The notes: generated by a model from the sequence alone, not told the origin. DNA of 49,254 nucleotides, filler included, from Catajapyx aquilonaris (GCA_000934665.2; 3 parts of 3 records of this genome joined end to end with filler, not necessarily neighbours in it); one strand, 5' to 3'; counted from the first letter of the whole stretch, positions 11,258 to 23,141 are shown. Numbers and translations are program-made.

Positions 11258-13170
11258 ATGGCATTCGCTAAGAAAATTGCAAAGTCTGTTACGGTCAGGT
11301 CAAAAGTGCACCTGACCTTCCAAGACGCATTTAGACCTTTGCAAATCTGCCTTCAGCTTGCGGGACAGTTCCCAATACTGTACAAGGCGAATCGGGATGG
11401 ATCTCACTCGTACAGTCTGAACATGAGAAGCTGTGCTGGACTCCAGTTCATTCTGACAACTCTCTTGCTCTTCGCCATATTCACCTTGGGAATCATCGGA
11501 GCCATGAAGTTCAGGACCGACTACAAACACGTAAAAATTAAGTGCTTGGGGAATGCGACGTGCGTTGCCATCGGGTACGTAAAATAATGATTAACTATGG
11601 ACCATCTTTATTATATACTAATATCCTGAATTTCCAGAAGCGATTTGCTGCATATGAAAAGAGGCATATTCCCGTCTCTGATTCTGGCTTGCTGCCTTCT
11701 TAACTCTCTGGTTTCGAGCCTGTGGCACATAGTAGGTGGACACAACCTGGCAGACTACTTCACAAGATGCAGCAAAACTGTGCAGAATCTGCATCTGACC
11801 TGCATGTGCTCTGATCTGCGGTCAGGAATGTCCAGGAAAATCGGGGTGTTGGTCATCTTCACTGCGTTTCTGGGCGTCGCTTCCTTGGCCAGCTTCCCCA
11901 AAGTGATCAAGTACGCCTGCGAAACAATCACCTTCTTTCTATTCGCAAAGCCCTTCAACATCCTCCACTATCGAGACCACTATCTGTACAACATTTTGAG
12001 GCATTTTAACGGACTGGCTGCGGCTGCTGCGGTCTACACCTACAAAATTAACCTCGTGGTGTACGAGTTTTCATGCCAGCTGCTGAGACGAGCTTTTCGC
12101 ATTTGGAACCATCGATTGGAAGTCACACTCACAAAAGGTAAGGTGTAATAATATTATAAGCCAGAATTGAATACGAAAAATACATGCGTCGTTTCACAAT
12201 AAAATAAGTACTAACGTTACGCATACTTCAGGACCAGACAATAAAAAGGTTCGATCATCGTATGAAGAGCTATTTAACGATCACCTCAGGCTTGTAGAAC
12301 TAATGGAACACACCAACAAGACCTTCGCCTCTATTCTGCATGTTTATTATTCAACCCAGGTATGATTATGACACATTCACCGAGGATCACACAACTTTTC
12401 TCAACCGACACATGATATTGCAGGTAATAACCATATGCTTCGAATTTTACTACGTGGTTCGGTCTGTGTCTCGAGTGCCAATACCCGAATTAGTATCAGG
12501 TGTATTCATCACTGTTCAAACCATCGCCATGCTTTACTTCGTGTCCTTTGAAGCCAGCTGTGCGGCGGAAGAGGTAAAATTAATAATAAATAAGCACAAA
12601 TATTTCAAGATAAATTCGCAGTAGTAGTTATGCCAACTCTTCTCTTATAAATTCAGGCTCAACGTGGTTTCCAGATATTAAGAACTCGAGGTCAAATCCT
12701 GGCGAAATCCAACGAGGAGAAATTGTTTGTATGTTGATTGATTATGATGACAAAATATTATTAATGAAATGATACTAATTTTATTCTAGATTGAAAGCTT
12801 GTCCATCAGCTTCTTATCACCTCAGACCATCCAATTAGGAAGCAGATATTTTAAAATTGATCGACCATTCATTAAATCGGTAAGAATTACGCCTGACTGA
12901 TTAAATGGATCGTAACAATGCGTAAATAACTGATTTAAAATCGTTTGAAAAATCATCAAGCATGTGCCAAAGGATTTACCAAATCTCTTGCCTTATTCGC
13001 CACGGATAACGCGTTGCGATATTAATTGAGATCTGAAGTGTTTTGCCTTTTTTTCGCGTCTATGTCGCAAATATTGACTTTTTTTACCTACACAGCATAT
13101 TTTGTCCTTACAGCTACTCGGAGGAAGTGTGGTGACCTACTTCGTTATCATCATCCAGCTTTATCCATAG
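11258..13170 (+). CDS. Gustatory receptor, GR copy 4, ~437 aa
   Basis: Exons 11258-11574, 11638-12137, 12232-12359, 12424-12573, 12657-12728, 12790-12879, 13114-13170. LAGQFPI motif; ends LLGGSVVTYFVIIIQLYP*. Confidence 0.9.
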
Positions 13171-13498
13171 CATATTGACCATGAGCGGCAGAGTACACAA
13201 AAACGTGTAATAATAAACCAGCTAAGCTACAGTCAGGGTGGAAATTAATATATGCAAAATTTACGACCAGCGTCAAATTAAAGCTTTATCATGTGCCACT
13301 AATAGACCTACTTCCTCTTCACCTCACCTGAAAGACTATATCCATTTGACAGCTATAGGTCCGCCTGCTAATGAATTCTCATCAAGTAATGCTTTTTTCC
13401 CCCGTCTAATCTCCCCACACCTGATCAAACAATGATTATGTCACCCACACCATGATATAAAGTCTGCAACGAGGTAAAACGAACAGTACGCTGTAACA

Positions 13499-15519
13499 AT
13501 GCTTCCTGGAATCAGCAAATCGGATTCGGTCGAAAGCTCGGATCCGAAAAAAATTCCGTTTCCTTTCTGGAAGAGCAATTCGGTCGAAAGCTGCGAGCCA
13601 GTGGTCAGACCTTTGTCCCAAAAATTGATGCTGACCCTGAGACCACTGGTGCTGACCCTCAGACTGTTCGGAAGGTTTCCGTTCACCACGATTGTTGACC
13701 AGGACAGAATTGTATCATACGCTTGTTGCCTGAAGAGCGCTCGAGGCGTGTATTTCATGGTGACTTCAACCATCCTGTTCCTGATGCTGAGTGTGGTCAC
13801 TTTAGGGTTCATATTCCTGGTCAAGTGTCACTACAGGAAGACGGAACCAGCAGGTTGCAACGGACAGTGGGAGACATTTAGACAGTATGTGGTTCCGTTT
13901 CTGGTCATACTGACATGCCTGATCAACTCATCTGTTGAGAGCATCGTGACAGTGGCCACTCGGAAGAAGTTCGTGGCCTATCTTAACAACTGGATGTCCA
14001 TGGTGGAGGACTTGAAGATGGACATATTCGATGGTCTGAAGAGGTGCATGTGGCGGGAGATCGCAGTGTTTCACGTGTTTGTCTTGATCGTGGTGATCCT
14101 TTTTTTGATCGGGGTGAAGCCCATTTACGGCGGCCCTGAGGTCGTGGCCATTCTGGCCCTGAGTCCGTTCACTTCCGAACCAGAGAGTGGGTCAATCTTC
14201 AGAGCAACCACCAACATCGCAGCTATCGTGGTGGTCCAGAGTTACCACGCTTACAAAGGAAGCGTCATGATTTACATGCTGCATTGCCGCCTTTTAAAAC
14301 GAGCATTTCATGAGTGGAACTGCCGTCTGAAGGCGGCCATCGAAAATGGTAAGCGACAACATTTTATTCTGAAACACACTGTACAATTTGCAGTGATACA
14401 GATTAATAAAATTATTAAGCTACAAATAAGGGGGAAAAACAGTTTCTTTCATATGGCATTATAAGCTAATAATACAACAGTCGCTTAAATATTTTGGGTG
14501 TCACTGTCAGCAAGGCAACCATCATGCACAATGATTAACGTGGTGCAAATTTACAATCCTTTTTCAGAAAAGGCAACACAATATGAACATCGAACTTCAT
14601 TCGAAGAGCTGTACGAAGATCACATCCGTTTAATTGTATTCGTACGAGAAACGGATGTAGTTTTTGCTCCAAATCTGCTAGTGTTTTATGGCACACAGGT
14701 TCGTCTACTATCTCATAATTGATTACTCTCTATCCAATTATTTTACCCTGTACTTTATCCCACAGGTACTGGCTTTGTGCTTAGAATTTTACTTCCTGGA
14801 GAAATCAGTGGAGGATGACATCCCAACATTCATCGTTGGAATTGTTGTGGTTTTTCAGACAGGCTTAACGTTTTTTCTCGTGTCCCTAACGGCCAGTGCT
14901 GTCCACGAAAAGGTCAGTTCAACGTGCTTTAAATCGCAGTGTGTGTTATAGGTATACTTGAAATGAAAATAAAGTACGGCATTTTGTAAGTCTGCACCGG
15001 TCTGCACTGTATGTCAAAATAATGGTGCCAATGACAATACTTTGATTTCCAGGCGCAGGAGGGATTTGAAATAATCAGAAAACATGGCTACCTCACGAAT
15101 GACAGTCACGTTCCCAAACAATTCGTAAGTGAGATTCAAATATGAAATGCTGTGTCTGCAAATTTTAAGCTATTGCACAACTCTATTGCAGATCGAGTCT
15201 ATGACAACCAGTTTCATTGGACATCCAATCATGCTCACGGGATGCAAATTCTTCGGCATAAATCGCGAATTCATTCTGAAGGTATTTAAACAATAGATTC
15301 AATTAAAAGTCAATATAAAAATAAAAGCATATTCGGCTAACTACTCAAAATTGTGTACAGTTTGATGGTACCGATCAACGGGGTATTTGACTGAGGTTGT
15401 AACAATAATAAGGTGCTAGGCTACTATAACTTGCTATTCCGTAACTATTGCTTGCTTCTTTATTTCAGGCTCTGGGTGTCGCACTCACCTATTTCATCAT
15501 CATTTTGCAATTTCAGTAG
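13499..15519 (+). CDS. Gustatory receptor, GR copy 5, ~446 aa
   Basis: Exons 13499-14348, 14568-14698, 14766-14912, 15053-15124, 15192-15281, 15469-15519. LFGRFPF motif; ends LTGCKFFGINREFILK/ALGVALTYFIIILQFQ*. Confidence 0.9.
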
Positions 15520-16293
15520 CCACTGACATTGCACAGACGCTCTATCCAATATTATGGTCTTTAAACATTACTAGCAGTAGTACTCAAGTTTCTACCAGCA
15601 ATTGCAATTCACAACACTAGGTGCTGCAAGTGCAACAGAGGAACAAACCTTGTGCAGTTGTCTCTATATCAACACACTTTTGATGACCTTCCAACACTAT
15701 ACAGGTCACACCTTAGGCCCATGGCAGGAAGGAGTAGGCGAGAGGTCAACACCACTGATCTTCAGCACACACTGACACTCACTGTATGTTTTGACAGGCA
15801 TTTCAGAGATAAGAGTTGCATGCATGCTGCGACAAAAATATTTTCATTCTGTAGGCTACTGTGCATCATCTGATGACGCAATAAATTGAGTTTGTCAGTG
15901 TTCGGACACATCACTGTAAAGCACTTGGCCTAATATTGCTCAGTTCCACGCAAATGTTTCATACTGAACGGATATTTTTTACACAAATAGGCTATATTTA
16001 AATATTATATTCCAGGACCAATAAAAACGGACTTGTTTCAGTTGAATATTATATGGTCATTAACTCATTATATGCACAATTTTCACTAGCAAATTGTTTT
16101 TGCTTCTTCAAAATTATAGCTGTGTTCATAACGACTGATTCCCATTTACACATTGCTTTATCGTGCCTGTATTTTCATAATTTAATATGCAATTGGTATA
16201 TGGTAGGAAAACAGTTGTTGGGCTGAGAAATAGCTAAATAAATTCAAGGTAGTTCATGGTCAAACGGCCATGTAAATGTAACACTTACCTATA

Positions 16294-16367
16294 CAGTAAA
16301 ACCGCTATCACACTTTTAACGCTCCTTATTTTCTGGTCCCTTCATAATTTCTAGAATATAAATTTTC
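16294..16367 (+). mobile_element. Possible pogo/Tigger-like element end truncated by the gap
   Basis: TA followed by CAGTAAAACCGCTAT resembles Tc1/pogo-type TIR starts; no partner end is visible. Confidence 0.3.
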
Positions 16368-16467
16368 NNNNNNNNNNNNNNNNNNNNNNNNNNNNNNNNN
16401 NNNNNNNNNNNTTAATTAATTAANNNNNNNNNNNNNNNNNNNNNNNNNNNNNNNNNNNNNNNNNNNN
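16368..16467. other. 100-nt N spacer with six-frame stop linker
   Basis: N run with TTAATTAATTAA at 16412-16423. Confidence 0.97.
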
Positions 16468-16546
16468 AATTATAATTAATTATTATTGTTGATATCAATA
16501 TTAGTAATATTCTACTGCTGGGGGTTTGCAAAGCCAGTCAACTTAC

Positions 16547-18603
16547 AGTGTAATCCACGAGGTATGGTGCGATCATTCCTCCTATCCTTGAGTGCATTGC
16601 TCCTGTGGTGACTCCATGACCCCTGACCTCGGTGGGATATAACTCGCCAGTGTAGATATAAATGGAGGTAAAGTTAATGTCGCTTCCAACCCTGGCCAAG
16701 ACTATCAACGCCACACTTATGTAGTACAGATCCGGCGAAGAAACTGTTTAGAAGGGAACAGACTCGATCAGCACTGATGTTTTGTGTCATGAGATTGGCA
16801 TCATCAAAATTCAGACCTGCTTTGACCACTGTGAAGATGCAGAGGAAGACGGACATGATGAAAAACGAAGAGGCAAAAAGAAAGCGCCTTCCGATCCGAG
16901 TAATCAACCAAATCAGCAGGAACCGGACCAGAAGCTTCTGACACCCAAAAATTACGAAGACAAGGTGAGGACCCGCAGGAAAGAGCGCGCCCATGAAGAA
17001 GAGGCTGTTTACGACCAATCCGATCGCGAACCAATCCCAGAAAATTATCAAGCTGATGGCCCTCATTGCAGGGGTGCGCCAAAAGACAACCACGTGCTTC
17101 AGCCAATCACAGCAGTTTCCTCGAGAAGTGCCCTTCACAGGTTCGACTTCCTATTATTTTAGTGAGAGACATTCCGTATAAGAATTATTAGTATGAGATC
17201 ATCGCTCTTTAGAACACATGCCGACTGCCTGAAGTCCTCCATGAGTGTCCTCAGGTCATCGGAATTAGTCATCTGTCCCCTTCCGTTCATCCTGGCTGCC
17301 CGAAGGAGGAGGCCTTCCGCTTCTGACATTCTCCCCTTGAGGATCAACCACCTCGGAGACTCTGGGATCAACCTGCATAATTATGTGGATGTTAGTATGT
17401 GTACTGGACTGAAACACTCTGAACTGAGCTTACCTGGAGAAGATAAGAAAGGTGAAGCTGACTCCAGCTGCTGCAAAATGTAAGTGTCTCCACTCCCTCA
17501 GCCAATAGGAAATCCCGGAGGTGAAGATGAAGCCCAGAGAGGCTCCAATGTCGAAGAGGAGACACGCGGTGGATCGTCGACGAGTGTCGACCACTTCACT
17601 CACTGCAAAGTTATTGGAGGATTGCAAGGTTAGCAAATAATCTCTCTCCATTCCTATGGCGGAAGGCAATAAATAAAAATAATTCCGTGAGCCATCAACA
17701 TTACCAAGAACGAAGCAGATGGCATAGAGTCCGTAGCAGGCCATTCCAGTGACGAATCGGAGGAACAAATAGAGGTAGTAGTTGGGCGAGAAGGCTGTTC
17801 CAAACATGACACACGTCTGCACAAGAGACCATCCGACAATACTTCTCTTGCGACCAAATCTGGGGGGAATTTATGCGTGATGTTTAGAAAGCATCACCAT
17901 CCGAAAACGCTTGCATAAATAATTTATTTATCCTTGCAGGTGCATGTGTGCACGTACTTGTCCGCCAAGAGTCCGCTTATGAACGTGGAGCACATGACAC
18001 CAAACACAGCCACTGTTTGGATGGTGGGCCGAAGAGCCGCTCTCTCGCAGACCAATCCCCACTGGGAATATAATGTTGCTTGGGTTAACATCTCTGGCCA
18101 ACAATAGTTCGGTACAATCACATGCACCCACTGCATACCTCGGTGACGGTGGTGGACAGGAAGGGTGACGGATCGTACATCCAGTCGTGGCAAGGAGTGG
18201 TGCTCTGCTGGTCTCCAGATGAGGCCACCACCAGTCCAGCTTCCTCGTAAGTCATGCCCACCAGTGAAGAATAGTTGCGATCGTACACCAGGCACTGGCT
18301 CGACCCTCCCTGCCCATCCCTGCAACAATAAGAGAAGTGATGCAACACAGCCTGAATCATTTTGTGGTCGCAGTTTATATACCTCGGAATGGTGATGGCC
18401 TTGACCTGTTCCTCTGTCCAGTTGACCCCTTCCAGTCCCTCCACCTTGCACCAGTACTCTCTAGGTGCAGCTGAATCGAACACGGAACAAATTGAGTGGA
18501 ACAATAGCAGCATCCCTGAGACGAAAGTGGCCGCAACAATGGTCCCCTGCCACACCCCGAATCCTCCCACCACTTCGAGTATCGAGTCAAACGAGGCCTT
18601 CAT
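16547..18603 (-). CDS. SLC22-family organic cation/anion transporter (MFS), copy A; last exon missing (gap)
   Basis: Exons 18603-18383, 18319-18139, 18061-17958, 17859-17705, 17602-17434, 17372-17222, 17150-16817, 16743-16547. Motifs FDSILEVVGGFGVWQ, STTVTEWGLVC, ADKFGRK, IPESPRWL, ELYPTEVR. The following intron runs into the N spacer. Confidence 0.88.
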
Positions 18604-19714
18604 CTCCTCGTGTCGGGATCGTTCCAAACCACGAAACTCTTTTGATCTGGGGTGCGAATAGGCCTTATTCCCACTGATCTAATGCGTAACGACACGTGCA
18701 CTTGCATGATTTTCCACACACCTGCTGGGTTACAATCGGCCAACTGTTACTTGACGAACCAGTATGTCAGCGACTATGCAAGTCGTGGCTGCGATCAGCC
18801 CGCGACCTTCGATAGCAAAACAATAGGCTATAAGATGATCATGACCTGCCTGTCATATTGTTTTGCACAGGAATCCCCAGCTTGTGATTGCATCTGAAAC
18901 GTTTGATGATTAAAATGTAGAGTCTCAGGCCTATTGGTAGAGCTGCAAGAGATATGACATGTCACATTACTTGCAAGATAATCCTCCAACAAGAGACGCA
19001 ATCATTGGTTATAAACATGCATAATTGATGATGATGATGTTGATTATTAGAGTTGCAAAAATCCACTGGCACCTCCCTACGTCTTCCATCCTTATTTATC
19101 TGTATACAGTATAATTATTTCCTGTCTGACTTTGTCATGTAGCATAATTCCACATCTGACATTTCAAAGGTGCGAATAATAATCTGAGCACGTCACCCTC
19201 ACAACCTTGATCGTGACTTGGCAGAGGATGCAGCACAATTCACTGGCTATTTTCTGGAATACTTGAAAAGAAAATCATTGGTTTGTAGGATTATTATGCT
19301 TCTTGCACGTGTATAACACTGGATGGGGACATGGGAAAACATCAACAATGCAACTAACATTGACGATGACACCGACGCCCAGCATGTTTCAAGCTCTTCT
19401 GTTCCGAAGCCAGTCATTTCTGAAAACAATCATACTGGATGATGTTAGTGGCGACGCCATACCAAATTGGCAACATCAGACGACATGTATATGAATAGCT
19501 GGAATAACCAGAAAATCCGGCATCAAAATCCAGTTTTTACCTCCATGTTGAAAAATCAAACAGAGCGGTCGAAATAATGCAGCCGTATGATAAACACTAA
19601 AAGAAATACTGTATTGTTATGTACCCCTGACAAAATTAAAACAATATTGTCGCGGCACATGCTAGTTGCCACAGGTGAATCTTGCGCATTGTTGCTGGCA
19701 GTGTAAAATTGGAT

Positions 19715-22083
19715 TCAACTCTTTTGCCCTCGTGCCACAGTGTCAGCGTCAGCAGATTTGGACTGACTTTCATTGGGCCTTCGCCTGCATATTGTGCTCA
19801 TCAGACTGAATCTGCACGATGAGTTGTCGCCTCTACTTTGTTGCTCCAATTCCTGGACCGTCTCTTGCAACTTTCTTCCTCTGGTTTCTGGCAGACGAAA
19901 TGAGACTAGTCCAGCCAGGAAGCTGCACAAGGTCAGCACTACTCCAGGCACGTACCCGTAGCCAGATGCCTGAATAATAATTGTTGTTGATATCAATATT
20001 AGTAATTGCACTACTGGGGGTTTGCAAAGCCAGTCAACTTACAGTGTAATCCACGAGGTATGGTGCGATCATTCCTCCTATTCTTGAGTGCATTGCTCCT
20101 GTGGTGACTCCATGACCCCTGACCTCGGTGGGGAATAACTCGCCAGTGTAGATATATATGGAAGTAACGTTAATGTCGCTTCCAACCCTGGCCAAGACTA
20201 TCAACGCCACACTTATGTAGTACAGATCCGGCGAAGAAACTGTTTAGAAGAGAACAGACTCGATCAGCACAGATTTTTTGTGTCATGAGATGGGCATCAT
20301 TAAAATTCAGACCTGCTTTGACTACTGTGAAGATGCAGAGGAAGACGGACAAGATGAAAAATGATGAGGCAAAGAGAATGCGCCTTCCGATCCGAGTAAT
20401 CAACCAAATCAGCAGGAACCGGACCAGGAGCTTTTGAAACCCAAAAATTACGAAGACAAGGTGAGGACCCGCAGGAAGGCGGGCACCCATAAAGAAGAGG
20501 CAGTTTACTACCAATCCGATCGCGAACCAATCCCAGAAAATTATCAAGCTCATGGCCCTCATTGCAGGGGTGCGCCAAAAGACAACCACGTGCTTCAGCC
20601 GATCACAGCAGTTTCCTCGAGAAGTGACCTTCACTGGTTCGACTTCCTATTTCGAGGGAGACATTCCGTATAAGAATGAGTATGAGATCATCGCTCTTTT
20701 AAACACATGCCGATTGCCTGAAGTCCTCCATTAGTGTCCTCAGGTCATCACAGTTGGTCATCTCTGCCCTTCCGTTCATCTTGGCTGCCCGAAGGAGGAC
20801 GCCTTCCGCTTCTGACATCCTCCCTTTGAGGATCAACCACCTCGGAGACTCTGGGATCAACCTGCATATTGTGTATGTCGGTGTTGGACAGGATCAGTCT
20901 GAAATGAGCTTACCTGGAGCAGATGAGAAAGGTGAAGCTGACTCCAGCTGCGACCAAGTGTAAGTGTCTCCATGCATACACCCAATAGGAAACCCCAGGG
21001 GTGAAGATGAGGCCCAGAGAGGCTCCAATGTCGAAGAGGAGACACGCGGTGGACCGTCGACGGGTGTCGGCCACTTCACTCACTGCAAAGTTATTGGAGG
21101 ATTGCATGGTTAGCAAATAATCTCTCCTTATTCCTATAGCGGAAAGCAATAAATAAAGATAATTCCGTGAGCCATCAACTTTACCAAGAACGAAGCAGTT
21201 GGAATAGAGTCCGTAGCAGGCCATTCCAGTGACGAATCGGAGGAACAAATAGAGGTAGTAGTTGGGCGAGAAGGCTGTTCCAAACATGACACACGTCTGC
21301 ACAAGAGACCATCCGAGAATACTTCTCTTGCGACCAAATCTGGGGGGAATTGATGCGTGAGATTTAGAAAGAATCACCATCCGAAAACGCTCGTATAAAA
21401 TAATAAACCCTCGGATGTGTTCACATACTTGTCCGCCAAGAGTCCGCTTATGAACGTGGAGCACATGACACCAAACACAGCCACTGTTTGGATGGTGGGC
21501 CGAAGAGCCGCTCTCTCGCAGACCAATCCCCACTGGGAATATAATGTTGCTTGGGTTAACATCTCTGGCCAACAATAGTTCGGTACAATCATAATATATT
21601 ATGCACCCACTGCATACCTCGGTGACGGTGGTGGACAGGAATGGTGACGGATCGTACATCCAGTCGTGGCAAGGAGTGGTGCTCTGCTGGTCTCCAGATG
21701 AGGCCACCACCAGTCCAGCTTCCTCGTAAGTCATGCCCACCAGTGAAGAATAGTTGCGATCGTACACCAGGCACTGGCTCGACCCTCCCTGCCCATCCCT
21801 GCAACAATAAGAGAAGTGATGCAACACAGCCTGAATCATTTTTGTGGTCGCAGTATATATACCCCGGAATGGCGATGGCCTTGACCTGTTCCTCTGTCCA
21901 GTTGACCCCATCCAGTCCCTCCACCTTGCACCAGTACTCTCTGGGTGCAGCCGAATCGAACACGTAACAAATGGTGTGGAACAATAGCAAAATCCCTGAG
22001 GCGAAAGTGGCTGCAACAATGGTCCCCTGCCACACCCCGAATCCTCCCACCACCTCCAGTATCGAGTCAAACGAGGCCTTCAT
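19715..22083 (-). CDS. SLC22-family organic cation/anion transporter (MFS), copy B, complete, ~588 aa
   Basis: Exons 22083-21863, 21798-21618, 21532-21429, 21339-21185, 21082-20914, 20861-20711, 20646-20313, 20239-20043, 19969-19715. SLC22 motifs: Cys-containing loop ending TTVTEWGLVC, ADKFGRK, IPESPRWL, ELFPTEVR, LPETRGRKL. Confidence 0.92.
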
Positions 22084-22577
22084 CTCCTCGTGTCAGGATC
22101 GTTCCAAACCACGAAACTCTTGATCCGTCTGAATAAGTCTACGCACCCTGATATAATGAGTAACGACCCGTGCTTTTGCATTTTCCACCCACCTGGGTAG
22201 CAGTACTGTTATTTGATGTCTGTCAGCGACTGCGCAAGTTCAACGAGCCCCCGACCTTCAATAGCAAAACAATGTATAGGATCAAGAACCCCTTGGCATA
22301 TTGTTTTGCACAAACATCCCAGCTGAGGTTGCTTTTTCATATTATTTCAGTTGGCACACTCGGTATATCCAGCAGGCATACACGATGTCGTCCTGGTAAC
22401 CTATACGTTTGTTTGTGTACATCCGTCGCCATGAGTTGCCGGCCAGCTGTTTCCTCATTATGTATTTAGAAGCCATTCGAACCAGGCTGTATGTTGCATA
22501 GCTCCTGAGGGAGAGAGATTACCGGACTTCATCACACCTCCTTCGTCTGCCTCCCTCACACCTAAGCCTCCCCCAAC

Positions 22578-23141
22578 ATGGTGAGTCTCAGCAGCCTCAA
22601 CAGTCATCATCGTCATCATCATCATGAATGAATTGTGATTAATATATTGTTCTCTCCATCAGTCCCACGAGTTCGAGCAAGCAATGAAGCGTATGCTGGC
22701 CCACGATGGAGTTGAAGGAATCCTCATCGTCAACTCGGATGGTGAGACACTTCCGGTTGTGCAGACTATTGGTTTATTCTCTCGTTTGCTTATTTCTTTG
22801 TCCACTGGCAGGGATTCCCATAAGGTCCACTTTCGATAACGGACTGTCAGTCCAGTACGCAGGCTTGATCAGTGATATGACCATGAAGACCAAGTCAGTC
22901 CTCAAGGAGTTCGACACAGGCAACACCCTCAAGTTCCTTCGCCTCAGGACCATTAAGAACGAGATCATCGTGGCTCCAGGTAGCATATCCAATGAGGGTC
23001 GGAATATTTGGCCGTTATACACTATTCAACAACGCTTTTACCTATATACTTGCAGACAAGGAATTCACAGTCATCGTGGTCCAGAAGGCAGATGTCTATG
23101 GTGCATTAGAGGCAACACCTTCTACGACCAAACCACCATAA
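22578..23141 (+). CDS. DYNLRB: Dynein light chain roadblock-type (LC7) protein, divergent, ~111 aa
   Basis: Exons 22578-22580 (ATG only, then gtgagt), 22663-22741, 22812-22979, 23056-23141. Protein MSHEFEQAMKRMLAHDGVEGILIVNSDGIPIRSTFDNGLSVQYAGLISDMTMKTKSVLKEFDTGNTLKFLRLRTIKNEIIVAPDKEFTVIVVQKADVYGALEATPSTTKPP matches the roadblock motifs GIPIxST and FLRxRxxKNEIxVAPDK. Confidence 0.9.

Noticed and set aside
20910..22070. 386-aa ORF as a single-exon protein
   Set aside because: Chance read-through of SLC22 exons and introns in mixed frames; the spliced model explains it.
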